Source of the DNA: Bacteroidia bacterium
GTDB lineage: Bacteria > Bacteroidota > Bacteroidia > AKYH767-A > OLB10
Length of the DNA: 64,000 nucleotides
Reading direction: 5' to 3'
NCBI GenBank assembly: GCA_023262505.1
Contig: JALRAP010000006.1
Span: 42-64,041 of the forward strand
Part shown: piece after piece, positions 9,811 through 18,580 of the stretch
Layout: each line of letters begins with the position of its first letter
Numbering within the stretch: position 1 is the first letter of the stretch
Notes under the pieces: model-generated
What the model was told of the DNA's origin: nothing
Database searches by the model: none
What the model saw: only the letters and a program-made list of their open reading frames with translations
Made by a program: the position numbers and the translations under genes

Positions 9811-9850
9811 CTATTGCCTACTTTCGCATCCGTTTTGAACATCAAAAAAC

Positions 9851-11992
9851 ATGAAAAAAACCCTACTCCTATCCCTATTGGCCATCTTCCAATTGACGGC
9901 CACGCAATCCAGCCATGCCCAAAACGTTAACCGCTGTGCCGTTGTCGAGCACGAGCAGTGGCTGCAATCCCAAAACCCGAAACGCGCATCACAACGCGAA
10001 CGATTCGACCAAACGGTAAATGAATATGCAGAACGTCTGCTGTCATCCAAAACCACCATGCCGAATGTGACAATTCCCGTAGTGGTCCACCTGGTTTACA
10101 AGACCAATGCACAAAACATCAGCGACGCTCAAATCTTATCGCAAATTGATGTCCTAAACCAAGACTTCAACCGGTTGAATCCAGACACGGCCAACACTCC
10201 TGCCCCCTTCAAGCCAATCGCGGGAACAGCCAACATCACTTTCTGTATGGCTACCGTTGATCCAACAGGAGCTCCAACAACCGGCATCGAGCGCCGATTG
10301 ACCACCGTGAATTCTTTCAACACCAACGACGCTGTAAAGGCGTTTTCCACCGGCGGATTGGATGCCTGGGATCCGAGTCAATACTTCAACATCTGGGTTT
10401 GCAACTTAGGGGGTGGACTTTTAGGTTACGCCGAATTCCCAACCAACCAGCTTTCCAACACCTATGGTGTGGTAATTGGTTACAATTATTTCGGTAACAT
10501 TGGCACCCTCTCGGCTCCATACGACCTCGGACGCACCGCATCTCACGAAGTGGGACACTGCTTCAACTTGTTTCACATTTGGGGGGATGACGGAACTGCA
10601 TGCACCGGAAGCGACCAATGCGCCGATACACCGAATCAAGCGGGTGAAAATTATACTTGTCCCGGCTTTCCATCCATCTCATGTAATAATGGCCCAAATG
10701 GCGATATGTGGATGAATTACATGGATTACTCGGACGATGCATGTATGAACATGTTCACTGCTGGCCAGGTAGCTCGTATGCTTGCCGTGGTTAACAACGG
10801 TCCTTATTCAAACCTGCAGAACTCCGCTGCATGCGGCTCAAGCAACCTATTGGCTTTGGATGCCCGCATGATGGGTGTCGATTTCCCAACCGGCAACATT
10901 TGCAGTGGCACTATCACACCCATTATTCAACTCAAGAACCAAGGATCCGACACATTAACCAGTGTTGTGATCACCTACAATATTGATAACGGAACTCCAC
11001 AATCATTCAATTGGACAGGTTCCTTGGCTAGCTTGGCTACAACGACCATCACACTTCCCACCATCACCACCGGTGCAGGTGCTCATACGTTCTATGCAGC
11101 TAGCTCTTTGCCTAACAACAATCCCGATCAGGATCCATCGAACGACAATACTTCATCAAACTTTACTGTGGTTGGCATAGGTCAGCCTGTACCGTTCGCT
11201 GAAGGATTCGAAACAACATTCCCGAACACAGGTGCTGTGCTGAACAACCCTGATGCCAGTTTCACTTGGGAGCAAACAGCCGCTGCCGCTCACACAGGAA
11301 CACAGTCCATTTACATCAACAACTATGATTATTCATCCAATGGTGAAATCGACGAATACATTTTGCCCAATTTCGATCTGACTTCCATCAACTCTCCAAA
11401 ACTCTCCTTCTGGGTGGCGTACCGACTTTATACCAATCCCACGGCAAACCCCAATTACTCTGACACCTTGGAGGTTTTGGTTTCAACCAACTGCGGTCAA
11501 ACATTCACCAGCGCATACAAGAAATTCTCCACCGCTTTGGTAACCACTCCTGCACCGTTCTATACTACGGCAGCATTTGTACCAACGGCTACGCAGTGGC
11601 GCCGCGACTCCATCGACTTGGCTCCTTACGCGTCGTTCAACAATGTAGTGGTGAAATTCCGTTCAATCACCGACTACGAAAACAACTTGTATTTGGATGA
11701 CATCAACATCGATGGCACAACTGGGCTTTCCTCACAGCCATCACTTGCTGCAGTAAACATCTATCCGAACCCCGCAAACAACTTCCTGAATATCGATTTA
11801 ACAGGAATCGGCTCTGATCGCAACATCGGAATTCGAATAGTAGACATGACTGGCAAAACGGTGCATGCAACATCGAATAACATGGGAGGCCAACTACTTC
11901 GAGTTGAAACTTCCAATATCAGCACGGGCCTATATATTGTTGAATTAAGTGGGGTGGATGGTGTAGTTCGTTTGCCGTTCACCAAGCAATAA
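9851..11992 (+). CDS. M43 (pappalysin/ulilysin/cytophagalysin-like) zinc metalloprotease with T9SS type-A C-terminal domain
   Basis: Signal peptide. HEVGHCFNLFHIWGDDG (HExxHxxxxxH). An N-terminal propeptide-like region and a C-terminal tail VNIYPNPANNFLNIDL...GLYIVEL. Confidence 0.85.
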   Translation: MKKTLLLSLLAIFQLTATQSSHAQNVNRCAVVEHEQWLQSQNPKRASQRERFDQTVNEYAERLLSSKTTMPNVTIPVVVHLVYKTNAQNISDAQILSQIDVLNQDFNRLNPDTANTPAPFKPIAGTANITFCMATVDPTGAPTTGIERRLTTVNSFNTNDAVKAFSTGGLDAWDPSQYFNIWVCNLGGGLLGYAEFPTNQLSNTYGVVIGYNYFGNIGTLSAPYDLGRTASHEVGHCFNLFHIWGDDGTACTGSDQCADTPNQAGENYTCPGFPSISCNNGPNGDMWMNYMDYSDDACMNMFTAGQVARMLAVVNNGPYSNLQNSAACGSSNLLALDARMMGVDFPTGNICSGTITPIIQLKNQGSDTLTSVVITYNIDNGTPQSFNWTGSLASLATTTITLPTITTGAGAHTFYAASSLPNNNPDQDPSNDNTSSNFTVVGIGQPVPFAEGFETTFPNTGAVLNNPDASFTWEQTAAAAHTGTQSIYINNYDYSSNGEIDEYILPNFDLTSINSPKLSFWVAYRLYTNPTANPNYSDTLEVLVSTNCGQTFTSAYKKFSTALVTTPAPFYTTAAFVPTATQWRRDSIDLAPYASFNNVVVKFRSITDYENNLYLDDINIDGTTGLSSQPSLAAVNIYPNPANNFLNIDLTGIGSDRNIGIRIVDMTGKTVHATSNNMGGQLLRVETSNISTGLYIVELSGVDGVVRLPFTKQ

Positions 11993-12007
11993 AAATTGGA
12001 ATTGAAG

Positions 12008-12063
12008 AGTCCCCTGAAGGGTAAATCGAGCCAGGCGAGATTTGCTACTTCGGGGGATTTTTG
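12008..12063 (+). terminator. Putative intrinsic terminator after the M43 protease gene (9-bp stem, long loop, T-tract)
   Basis: agtcccctgaag ... cttcgggggatttttg. The arms pair with one mismatch. The roughly 29-nt loop makes this weaker than a canonical terminator. Confidence 0.35.
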
Positions 12064-12186
12064 CACTTGGACAAATCCGCTATAAAATAGGATATTACGG
12101 CTTGACCCCAGTGTTGTGCCGATTGCCTTGTACGTTTAAAGTGGTTTTTCTATCTTCGCTATCCTCCAATCAAAAAACCCTATCAA

Positions 12187-12984
12187 ATGAAAAAAATCAT
12201 CGCTATGATGGCTATTGCAGCTGTCGCTTTCGTATCCTGCAGCAAGGATGAGTCTTCTACACCCGCTCCAGCTCAAGGACTAACTGTGGATCGTGTAATC
12301 CGCCCCTTCTTCGTTGACTATACCGCCACCTGGTGCGGTCCTTGTGGTCAGTATGGTGGTCCAAACTTTGACGCCGTATTGGATGCAGGCAAAGAAGGTA
12401 CATTGTTGACAGCTATGAAGGCTTATTCCACTTCATCAACTGCAGGAATGGGACACCCCATCTATTCGCAAATGACATCTGCATTCGGCGTATCCGGAAT
12501 TCCTGATTTCTGGGTGAATAATACTTCTCCAAGCACCAACAGCAACAGCGTTATTACCGCTGCTACAAACCTTCAGAACGATACAGCCAGCATCGTTGCT
12601 GGTGTAGCACTGAAAAAAGGCATCGTAGGCGACTCTATGCAAGTTACCACCAAAGTGAAGTTCTTCAAAAATGGTGATGCAGGCGCTGATTACAGCCTTG
12701 CCGTTTACCTTGTAGAAGACCAAATCACCGGCTATCAGTTGGTAGGTAGCACTGCCAATAACAGCTACCTGCACCGCAACGTGCTTCGTGGAGCGGCAGC
12801 CACCTCTTACTATGGAACATCTTTGAACAATGGTGCCGCAGTTACCGCTGACACCGAATTCAACAACACTTACAAAATCGCGCTGAATCCATCTTGGAAC
12901 GCAGCTAACCTAAAAGCCATTGCAGTAATTTGGAAAAATGGTGCAACACCTTACCGCGTCATCAACTCAAACGTGGCTAAGTAA
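12187..12984 (+). CDS. Thioredoxin-fold lipoprotein (WCGPC active-site-like motif)
   Basis: Lipoprotein signal MKKIIAMMAIAAVAFVSCSK. YTATWCGPCGQYGGP contains a thioredoxin-type CxxC motif. The remainder is a Thr/Ser/Asn-rich beta-type sequence. Confidence 0.6.
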   Translation: MKKIIAMMAIAAVAFVSCSKDESSTPAPAQGLTVDRVIRPFFVDYTATWCGPCGQYGGPNFDAVLDAGKEGTLLTAMKAYSTSSTAGMGHPIYSQMTSAFGVSGIPDFWVNNTSPSTNSNSVITAATNLQNDTASIVAGVALKKGIVGDSMQVTTKVKFFKNGDAGADYSLAVYLVEDQITGYQLVGSTANNSYLHRNVLRGAAATSYYGTSLNNGAAVTADTEFNNTYKIALNPSWNAANLKAIAVIWKNGATPYRVINSNVAK

Positions 12985-13007
12985 TCCATCTTAATAAAAG
13001 CATCTAA

Positions 13008-13038
13008 GCCGGTCCCGCCAAAAGGGCCGGCTTTTTTA
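13008..13038. terminator. Rho-independent terminator shared by convergent genes
   Basis: gccggtcccgccaaaagggccggc followed by ttttttatt. It sits between the stop at 12984 (+) and the stop at 13045 (-). Confidence 0.6.
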
Positions 13039-13044
13039 TTTACT

Positions 13045-13623
13045 TCATGGCTTCTTAAATCCCTCTAGGGCCTGATCCAATAAGTGCTGATATTCATCAG
13101 CCATAACCTCATAGGCTCCGAACTGTAACAGGTGCGGATTCAAATATTGCGTATCGAGCAACTGAAAATGGTTTTGTCGCAAGTGCTCAACCAGGAAAAC
13201 CAAACAGATTTTGCTGGCATCTGTTACGCGACTGAACATGCTTTCACCAAAGAAAGCTTTTCCAAGTGCAATGCCATATAATCCCCCTACCAGTTCATCG
13301 TCTTGCCAAGCTTCAAAACTGTGCGCATAGCCGATGCGATGAAGTTCAATATAAGATTCTATAATCTCCCGGTTGATCCAGGTTTCTCCAATTCGCAAAT
13401 CCCGACAGCATTTGATCACTTCTGGAAATGCACGATTGATGGTTAACTTGAATGGCCTTTTGTTGTATTTGCGACGCAGGTTGGATGATACCTTGAACCG
13501 ATCATCCAATGGAATAATACCCCGAAGCTTGGGCAAATGCCATTGAATCTCCCCATTGGCAGAATCAGCCATGGGAAAAATTCCCCTAGAATAGGCTTCC
13601 AAAAGTATCAATGGTTGAATCAT
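13045..13623 (-). CDS. aat: Leucyl/phenylalanyl-tRNA--protein transferase
   Basis: LLEAYSRGIFPM...GETWINREIIESYIELHRIGYAHSFEAWQDDELVGGLYGIALGKAFFGESMF. Full-length match to Aat. Confidence 0.9.
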   Translation of the reverse strand: MIQPLILLEAYSRGIFPMADSANGEIQWHLPKLRGIIPLDDRFKVSSNLRRKYNKRPFKLTINRAFPEVIKCCRDLRIGETWINREIIESYIELHRIGYAHSFEAWQDDELVGGLYGIALGKAFFGESMFSRVTDASKICLVFLVEHLRQNHFQLLDTQYLNPHLLQFGAYEVMADEYQHLLDQALEGFKKP

Positions 13624-13744
13624 CTTCCTTTAAAACGAACTTATATGGTTTCAAAATTAAACGTTTAATATTTCCAAGCACAAGCCACTGCGTTCAAGAT
13701 GACCATATCTTTGTACGCAATTAACAGCAGCTTTTCTTTTTCCC

Positions 13745-15427
13745 ATGCGTCTTTTTCTTTTATTGGCTTTTACCTTTCTTTTCCATTCCACAAAAGCCCA
13801 AATCATCATCTCCGAAATCATGGCCGACCCAACTCCTGTAGCGGGTTTGCCTGATGCCGAATTCGTAGAGGTTTTCAACCGAGGTACAACGCCTGTTAAT
13901 CTAAATGGTTGGACATTCTTCGATGGTTCCGTGAAGGTATTGCCAAACAAAACCGTTCCGCCCAACAGTTATGGGATAGTTTGTGCTCAAGCAGACTCTG
14001 CGCTTTTTGCTCCATACGGATTGCTTTTGCCGGTGAGTTCCATTTCTCTTACCAATTCGGGTGATAAGATTTCCTTCAGAAATGCAACGGGCTCTGCTGT
14101 TGATTCCGTAACCTATACCGACCAATGGTACGGAAACCCCATAAAAGCACAAGGAGGGTTTTCGCTAGAGCGGATAGACCAGCAGTTGAACTGCCTCTTA
14201 CCTTCCAATTGGAAAGCATCAAATTCCATTATCGGAGGAACACCTGGAACTGCAAATAGTGTAAATGGAAATTTAATCGATGTTGAACCACCACTGCTGC
14301 TGTACGCGTATTGTCCGGATTCAGCAAACATACAACTCGTTTTCAACGAACCCGTAGACATGCCATCCCCAGTTATTTCAAACTTCATAGAACTTCCTAA
14401 TCCACTTCAAATTATTGCATGGTCGGTCGCGGATGAAACGGCTACGCGCATCAACATCAAAGTCTCACCTGCTGTTTCGCAGGGCAATGTGTTTGGTTTG
14501 TCCATAAAAGACATACCAGATTGCTCGGGAAACGCCATGCAACAACTTGAAAACATCCCTTTCGGATTGAGTGATTCCATACAATCAGGAGACATTGTAA
14601 TCAACGAAATATTATTCAACCCAAAAGAGGAAGGATTTGATTTCATAGAGCTTTACAATAACAGCACACGCATAGCAGACCTTACAACTCTTAGCCTCGC
14701 AGCGGTCTCTACTGTAACAGGAACGATGGGCGATGTTGAACTCATCTGTGCATTGGGACGACATCTTTACCCGAACCAATATTTGCTAGTAACAGAAAAC
14801 ACGGAAATCGTATCGAAACAATTTCCATCATCGTTTCCTTACTTTTTCCAAAAAGCGGAAGACATTCCTGCTATGAACGTAGATGAAGGAATGGTTTCTC
14901 TCATGTGTGGAAACACAGAAATCGACCGGGTTTACTATAACGAGGATTATCATTTCGCTCTGCTAACCGATCCAAAAGGAATTTCATTGGAAAGGATTCA
15001 TCCATCCCGGCCGTCTATGAGCAAGGACTCTTGGCACTCGGCATCTCCCGATTTGGGTGGAGCCTCGCCGGGACTATCAAACACACAATTTCAAAATCAA
15101 CTCGAAATTGAAAATCTGATTTCCGTTTCACCGGAGATGTTTTCTCCAGACATGGATGGGCACGACGACTTAGTGAGTTTTCAATTGAAAAACGATCCGC
15201 CCGGGACCATTGTTAACATTGCAATACTGAACCAATGCGGAAGTTTGGTTTATGAAAACCGAAAGAACAGGCTATCTGGTGAAACGGATTTTTTCAGTTG
15301 GGATGGCATCAATTACAAAGGCGAGATGGCAGAACCTGGAATTTATGTGGCGCTATTCGAAATCTTCAATCTCGCAGGGGAAGTAAGAAACGAGAAATTG
15401 GTTTTCGTTCTGGCTAAAAAGTACTGA
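13745..15427 (+). CDS. Lamin-tail-domain (LTD) x2 protein with T9SS type-B (CHU_C / gliding-motility-associated) C-terminal domain
   Basis: Signal peptide. Two IISEIMADP...EFVEVFN / VINEILFNPKEEGFDFIELYN LTD signatures. C-terminus FSPDMDGHDDLVSF...ILNQCGSLVYEN...FSWDGINYKGEMAEPGIYVALFEI matches CHU_C. Confidence 0.75.
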   Translation: MRLFLLLAFTFLFHSTKAQIIISEIMADPTPVAGLPDAEFVEVFNRGTTPVNLNGWTFFDGSVKVLPNKTVPPNSYGIVCAQADSALFAPYGLLLPVSSISLTNSGDKISFRNATGSAVDSVTYTDQWYGNPIKAQGGFSLERIDQQLNCLLPSNWKASNSIIGGTPGTANSVNGNLIDVEPPLLLYAYCPDSANIQLVFNEPVDMPSPVISNFIELPNPLQIIAWSVADETATRINIKVSPAVSQGNVFGLSIKDIPDCSGNAMQQLENIPFGLSDSIQSGDIVINEILFNPKEEGFDFIELYNNSTRIADLTTLSLAAVSTVTGTMGDVELICALGRHLYPNQYLLVTENTEIVSKQFPSSFPYFFQKAEDIPAMNVDEGMVSLMCGNTEIDRVYYNEDYHFALLTDPKGISLERIHPSRPSMSKDSWHSASPDLGGASPGLSNTQFQNQLEIENLISVSPEMFSPDMDGHDDLVSFQLKNDPPGTIVNIAILNQCGSLVYENRKNRLSGETDFFSWDGINYKGEMAEPGIYVALFEIFNLAGEVRNEKLVFVLAKKY

Positions 15428-15443
15428 AATAATAAATGGGTTT

Positions 15444-16334
15444 TCAAGAACCAATACGAACCGATGTCATGGTTAAAGAACCCGCCATAGGTTTGTCATT
15501 GAAAAGCGCCAGGTTATCAGAGCCGACTTGCAGCGCCAAAGCATACAGCAACGGCAAAAAATGTTCTGGTGTTGGAATCGCCAATTCAAATGCCTTACCT
15601 CTTGATTTGTAATCAATCAATTTCTGATGATCCCCTTTCAAAATATATTGTTTCATGGCAGCGTCAGCCTCCTGCGCCCAATCGTAAGCGTAACCCACTT
15701 CGTTTATTTTATCCCAAGCCACCATTCCTAGGTTGTGCACCATATTGCCGCTGCCGATTATGAGGATTCCTTTGGAACGAAGGGATTGCAACTCCTTGGC
15801 CAAGTCATAATGGTATTGCGCAGGTTGAAAACGATCAATGCTCAATTGCAAAACGGGAATGTTTGCATCGGGGTAAAGGTGTTTGATGACACTCCATGCT
15901 CCGTGGTCGAGACCCCATTGGGATGTATCCAATCCAACATCAACTTTTGAAACAGCTTTTTTCACTTCTTGTGCTACGCTTGGGCTTCCGGGTGCAGGAT
16001 ATTGAACATCGAATAACGCTTTTGGAAACCCGCCGAAATCGTGAATGGTTTTAGGGTGCTCCATCGCCGTTACAAAAGTGCCTCTTGTTTCCCAATGTGC
16101 TGATATGCACAAGATGGCTCTAGGCAACGGAATGGTTTTGACGATTTCCCTGAACCCCCTCACAAACTCATTCTCTTCAATGGCATTCATCGGACTTCCG
16201 TGTCCGAGAAAGAGCACTGGCATCCTTTCGGTGGATGAAAGTGGTTGGGTGATATGATGTAAATCCTGTAGGTTCATCGCAGAGGCGCTTAAAGGCAATG
16301 CTGCCATCAACTTGATAAAGTCTTTACGTTGCAT
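15444..16334 (-). CDS. ygiD: Class III extradiol ring-cleavage dioxygenase (4,5-DOPA dioxygenase extradiol, YgiD/LigB family), Tat-type signal
   Basis: MQRKDFIKLMAALPLSASA is a twin-arginine-like leader. LFLGHGSPMNAI and ISAHWET are typical of YgiD. Confidence 0.85.
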   Translation of the reverse strand: MQRKDFIKLMAALPLSASAMNLQDLHHITQPLSSTERMPVLFLGHGSPMNAIEENEFVRGFREIVKTIPLPRAILCISAHWETRGTFVTAMEHPKTIHDFGGFPKALFDVQYPAPGSPSVAQEVKKAVSKVDVGLDTSQWGLDHGAWSVIKHLYPDANIPVLQLSIDRFQPAQYHYDLAKELQSLRSKGILIIGSGNMVHNLGMVAWDKINEVGYAYDWAQEADAAMKQYILKGDHQKLIDYKSRGKAFELAIPTPEHFLPLLYALALQVGSDNLALFNDKPMAGSLTMTSVRIGS

Positions 16335-16485
16335 ATTTCAAAGATACTTTAGAAATGCCCCAACAAGTGTTAAAAATATAATAGGCCGTTTCGAATCTTA
16401 ATGGCTTAACGATACGCGAAACGTTTCTTCCGAAACCAGTAAAATATCTTATACGCATTTCCAATCCATAGATGTGCTTGTGGAA

Positions 16486-16731
16486 TTAATCCTCATACAT
16501 CTCCAAATAGGCTTCAGGTTCTTGATCCAAATATTCGAGCTCTGCGCAAATCATTCGCTCTACCAGGCCTTTAATTTTTGTACAATCCATCTCGATACCC
16601 GGGTCCACCCTTTCGTATTTGCAGCTACTAATGGCATTTATCAAAAATAGGCGTGCGTCTTCCAAAAAAGCCCGTTCGCGCTCAATCTTGGCCTGGAAAA
16701 GTATTTTTTCCATCATTTCATTTGTGTTCAT
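16486..16731 (-). CDS. Hypothetical small acidic protein (81 aa)
   Basis: Complete ORF 21 bp downstream of the preceding Cys-rich gene on the same strand. Acidic C-terminus (EYLDQEPEAYLEMYED). No recognisable family. Confidence 0.45.
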   Translation of the reverse strand: MNTNEMMEKILFQAKIERERAFLEDARLFLINAISSCKYERVDPGIEMDCTKIKGLVERMICAELEYLDQEPEAYLEMYED

Positions 16732-16751
16732 TGAATCTTATAATATAAAAG

Positions 16752-17222
16752 TTAGCCTTTTTTTTGTTGTGATTTCAAAAGCTGAAGGATTTCTTTCTGG
16801 TTTTCTTTGAGTTCATCTATCTGGCTTTGCAATGACTTTAAAACATCCTGCACTTCATCTGGAAATGATTCAATTGCCTTTTCCTGAGGATCTGGCACAT
16901 ACTCGAGAACTTTGAACATGCGGTAGTCTTCGTAAGCCATTCTGCAAAGAGCGTATTTGCCATCGCTTGTCACATCCCATCCACATACACCGCCCCAAAC
17001 AAGTGGGCTTCCGTTGTACCAACCCGAGCAGCCTCCTGCATAACATGGGTCGCTATACCCTTCCTTGCTACACCACGACATAACGCCTCGCCAATCCTTT
17101 CTGAAAACCAGCTCCAACTGAATGCCGAACTTATTTTTCAAAGATTCAATTTGATTTATTGGTAAAAAAGTTTCCACAATGTGTTTTGCCCAATCTGTCT
17201 GTCTGATTTTTTCTTTGCTCAT
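16752..17222 (-). CDS. Hypothetical Cys-rich protein with C-terminal coiled coil (157 aa from internal Met)
   Basis: MSKEKIRQTDWAKHIVETF... The Cys/Gly/Trp-rich core is WCSKEGYSDPCYAGGCSGWYNGSPLVWGGVCGWD. The C-terminal heptad-like segment is LKSLQSQIDELKENQKEILQLL. The upstream part of the ORF (from 17339) looks non-coding. Confidence 0.5.
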   Translation of the reverse strand: MSKEKIRQTDWAKHIVETFLPINQIESLKNKFGIQLELVFRKDWRGVMSWCSKEGYSDPCYAGGCSGWYNGSPLVWGGVCGWDVTSDGKYALCRMAYEDYRMFKVLEYVPDPQEKAIESFPDEVQDVLKSLQSQIDELKENQKEILQLLKSQQKKG

Positions 17223-17641
17223 GGTGTTTGATTTTATATTTGTGACATTAGTTTTTTGTGGTGCGCTTTTAATCCGCCCCCGACCGCAATTACAAACGGG
17301 CCGCCAAAGAAACCACACAAGTTTGACAGAATCTGTCAATTCTAAGCTGTAAAAAATTTATTTTGACTGATTTTAAAACAAACCTGTTTCTTGAGTTATT
17401 GTTTTCTTTTGGTGATTTAATTTGATTGTTCGTTTAAGGGCTGATGGGCTTCAAAGGGTTTCTTAGAACTTTTCTGGAGTTGACCAACGAATATCCGACG
17501 CTTGCCAAATTTTATTTTACTCGACAGGTTTTGAAATGTAATTTTTGTCTACTCGCGGATTCTTCCGCACAATCGCCATCCGGGTTCCCCATCTTCCCAA
17601 GCTACGGCGATCGATTCCCTTCACAGGGACTTTGGTTTTTA

Positions 17642-17675
17642 CCCGGACCACAAAAACGGTCCGGGTTTTTCTTTG
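17642..17675 (+). terminator. Strong intrinsic terminator with no upstream ORF on the + strand (possible sRNA 3' end)
   Basis: cccggaccacaaaaacggtccggg followed by tttttctttg. It has a perfect 8-bp GC-rich stem. The only upstream + ORF (17444-17935) reads through both hairpins and is rejected. Confidence 0.5.
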
Positions 17676-17710
17676 TAAAAAACAAAGCCAAGGAGTTACG
17701 GCTCCCTGGC
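17676..17710 (-). terminator. Intrinsic terminator for the minus-strand small membrane protein gene
   Basis: The minus-strand read is gccagggag-ccgtaa-ctccttggc followed by tttgtttttt. It lies 27 bp downstream of the stop at 17738. Confidence 0.55.
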
Positions 17711-17737
17711 TTAAATAAAATGGTTGTAATGGGGTTG

Positions 17738-17920
17738 TTAATGTGTTGGTGTCTGCCTCTTCATGGTGAGCTTGTAAAAAACCACAATACCCAGTACGGT
17801 TGCAATGAACGATGCAATCATCATAATACCAGGGTTGTCGTGGGTAAGGAAGGCTCTCCTGAAAGGAACCAATATGATAAACAAGGCAAGCAATACGGCA
17901 GCAATTCTTCGTGTGTTCAT
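17738..17920 (-). CDS. Small membrane protein (60 aa, two predicted TM helices)
   Basis: MNTRRIAAVLLALFIILVPF...IMMIASFIATVLGIVVFY. It has its own terminator immediately downstream. Confidence 0.4.
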   Translation of the reverse strand: MNTRRIAAVLLALFIILVPFRRAFLTHDNPGIMMIASFIATVLGIVVFYKLTMKRQTPTH

Positions 17921-18148
17921 GGCTTTGTTATTTGAAGTGTTGTTTTGAATTACATGAACAAAGGTATTTTCATGGGTCTCTTGAGTAAATGATTCCGGTC
18001 AGACTCAGACCATGATCTGTATCACCTTTTAAAATGCGCTCGCCGGTCATCCAAAAATCATGATTCGCCAATCAAAAGACTCCTTTTACCAAAATGCACG
18101 CTTTCACCCTCCGAGGTGAGGTAATTTGCCTTCAAATAACAATGATTT

Positions 18149-18412
18149 ATGGAACGGCAACTGACAGCAGCGGAATTCAATCTTCTCACAAACGACGAAA
18201 AATCCTGGCATCTTTGGCACGGCGCAGCTTTTTTGATGGCTTATCGTAACGACACACACCGAGTAAACCTTTTCCACCAAAACGATTATTATATCGAATT
18301 ATGGTACAACACATCCTCCAATCAAATCGACAAAATATTCGCATTCCGATCCATTGAATTGCTGGAGCCCTTTTTGAAATACATTGAACTAGATGCTCCC
18401 GTGATGAAATAA
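18149..18412 (+). CDS. Hypothetical protein (87 aa)
   Basis: Complete ORF followed by a hairpin terminator at 18442-18474. No recognisable family. Confidence 0.45.
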   Translation: MERQLTAAEFNLLTNDEKSWHLWHGAAFLMAYRNDTHRVNLFHQNDYYIELWYNTSSNQIDKIFAFRSIELLEPFLKYIELDAPVMK

Positions 18413-18441
18413 TAGCCCCATCTTCATTCATGATATTTTGC

Positions 18442-18474
18442 AAAGGCGTCTTAACAGACGCCTTTCGCTTTTTA
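18442..18474 (+). terminator. Intrinsic terminator
   Basis: aaaggcgtc ttaaca gacgccttt followed by cgcttttt. Confidence 0.55.
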
Positions 18475-18580
18475 GTACATAACTAGCTAACAAATAGCGT
18501 CTTGCCAACAAAGCAAAAAGTTTGGCACGGCTTTGGATTGTATGTTGATATGTTTAACCTAAAATATGGAGGACAGCAAC

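Noticed and set aside
17444-17935. 163-aa + strand ORF
   Set aside because: Reads straight through two strong hairpin terminators and is antisense to a plausible small membrane protein gene with its own terminator. The region is better explained as non-coding or an sRNA.
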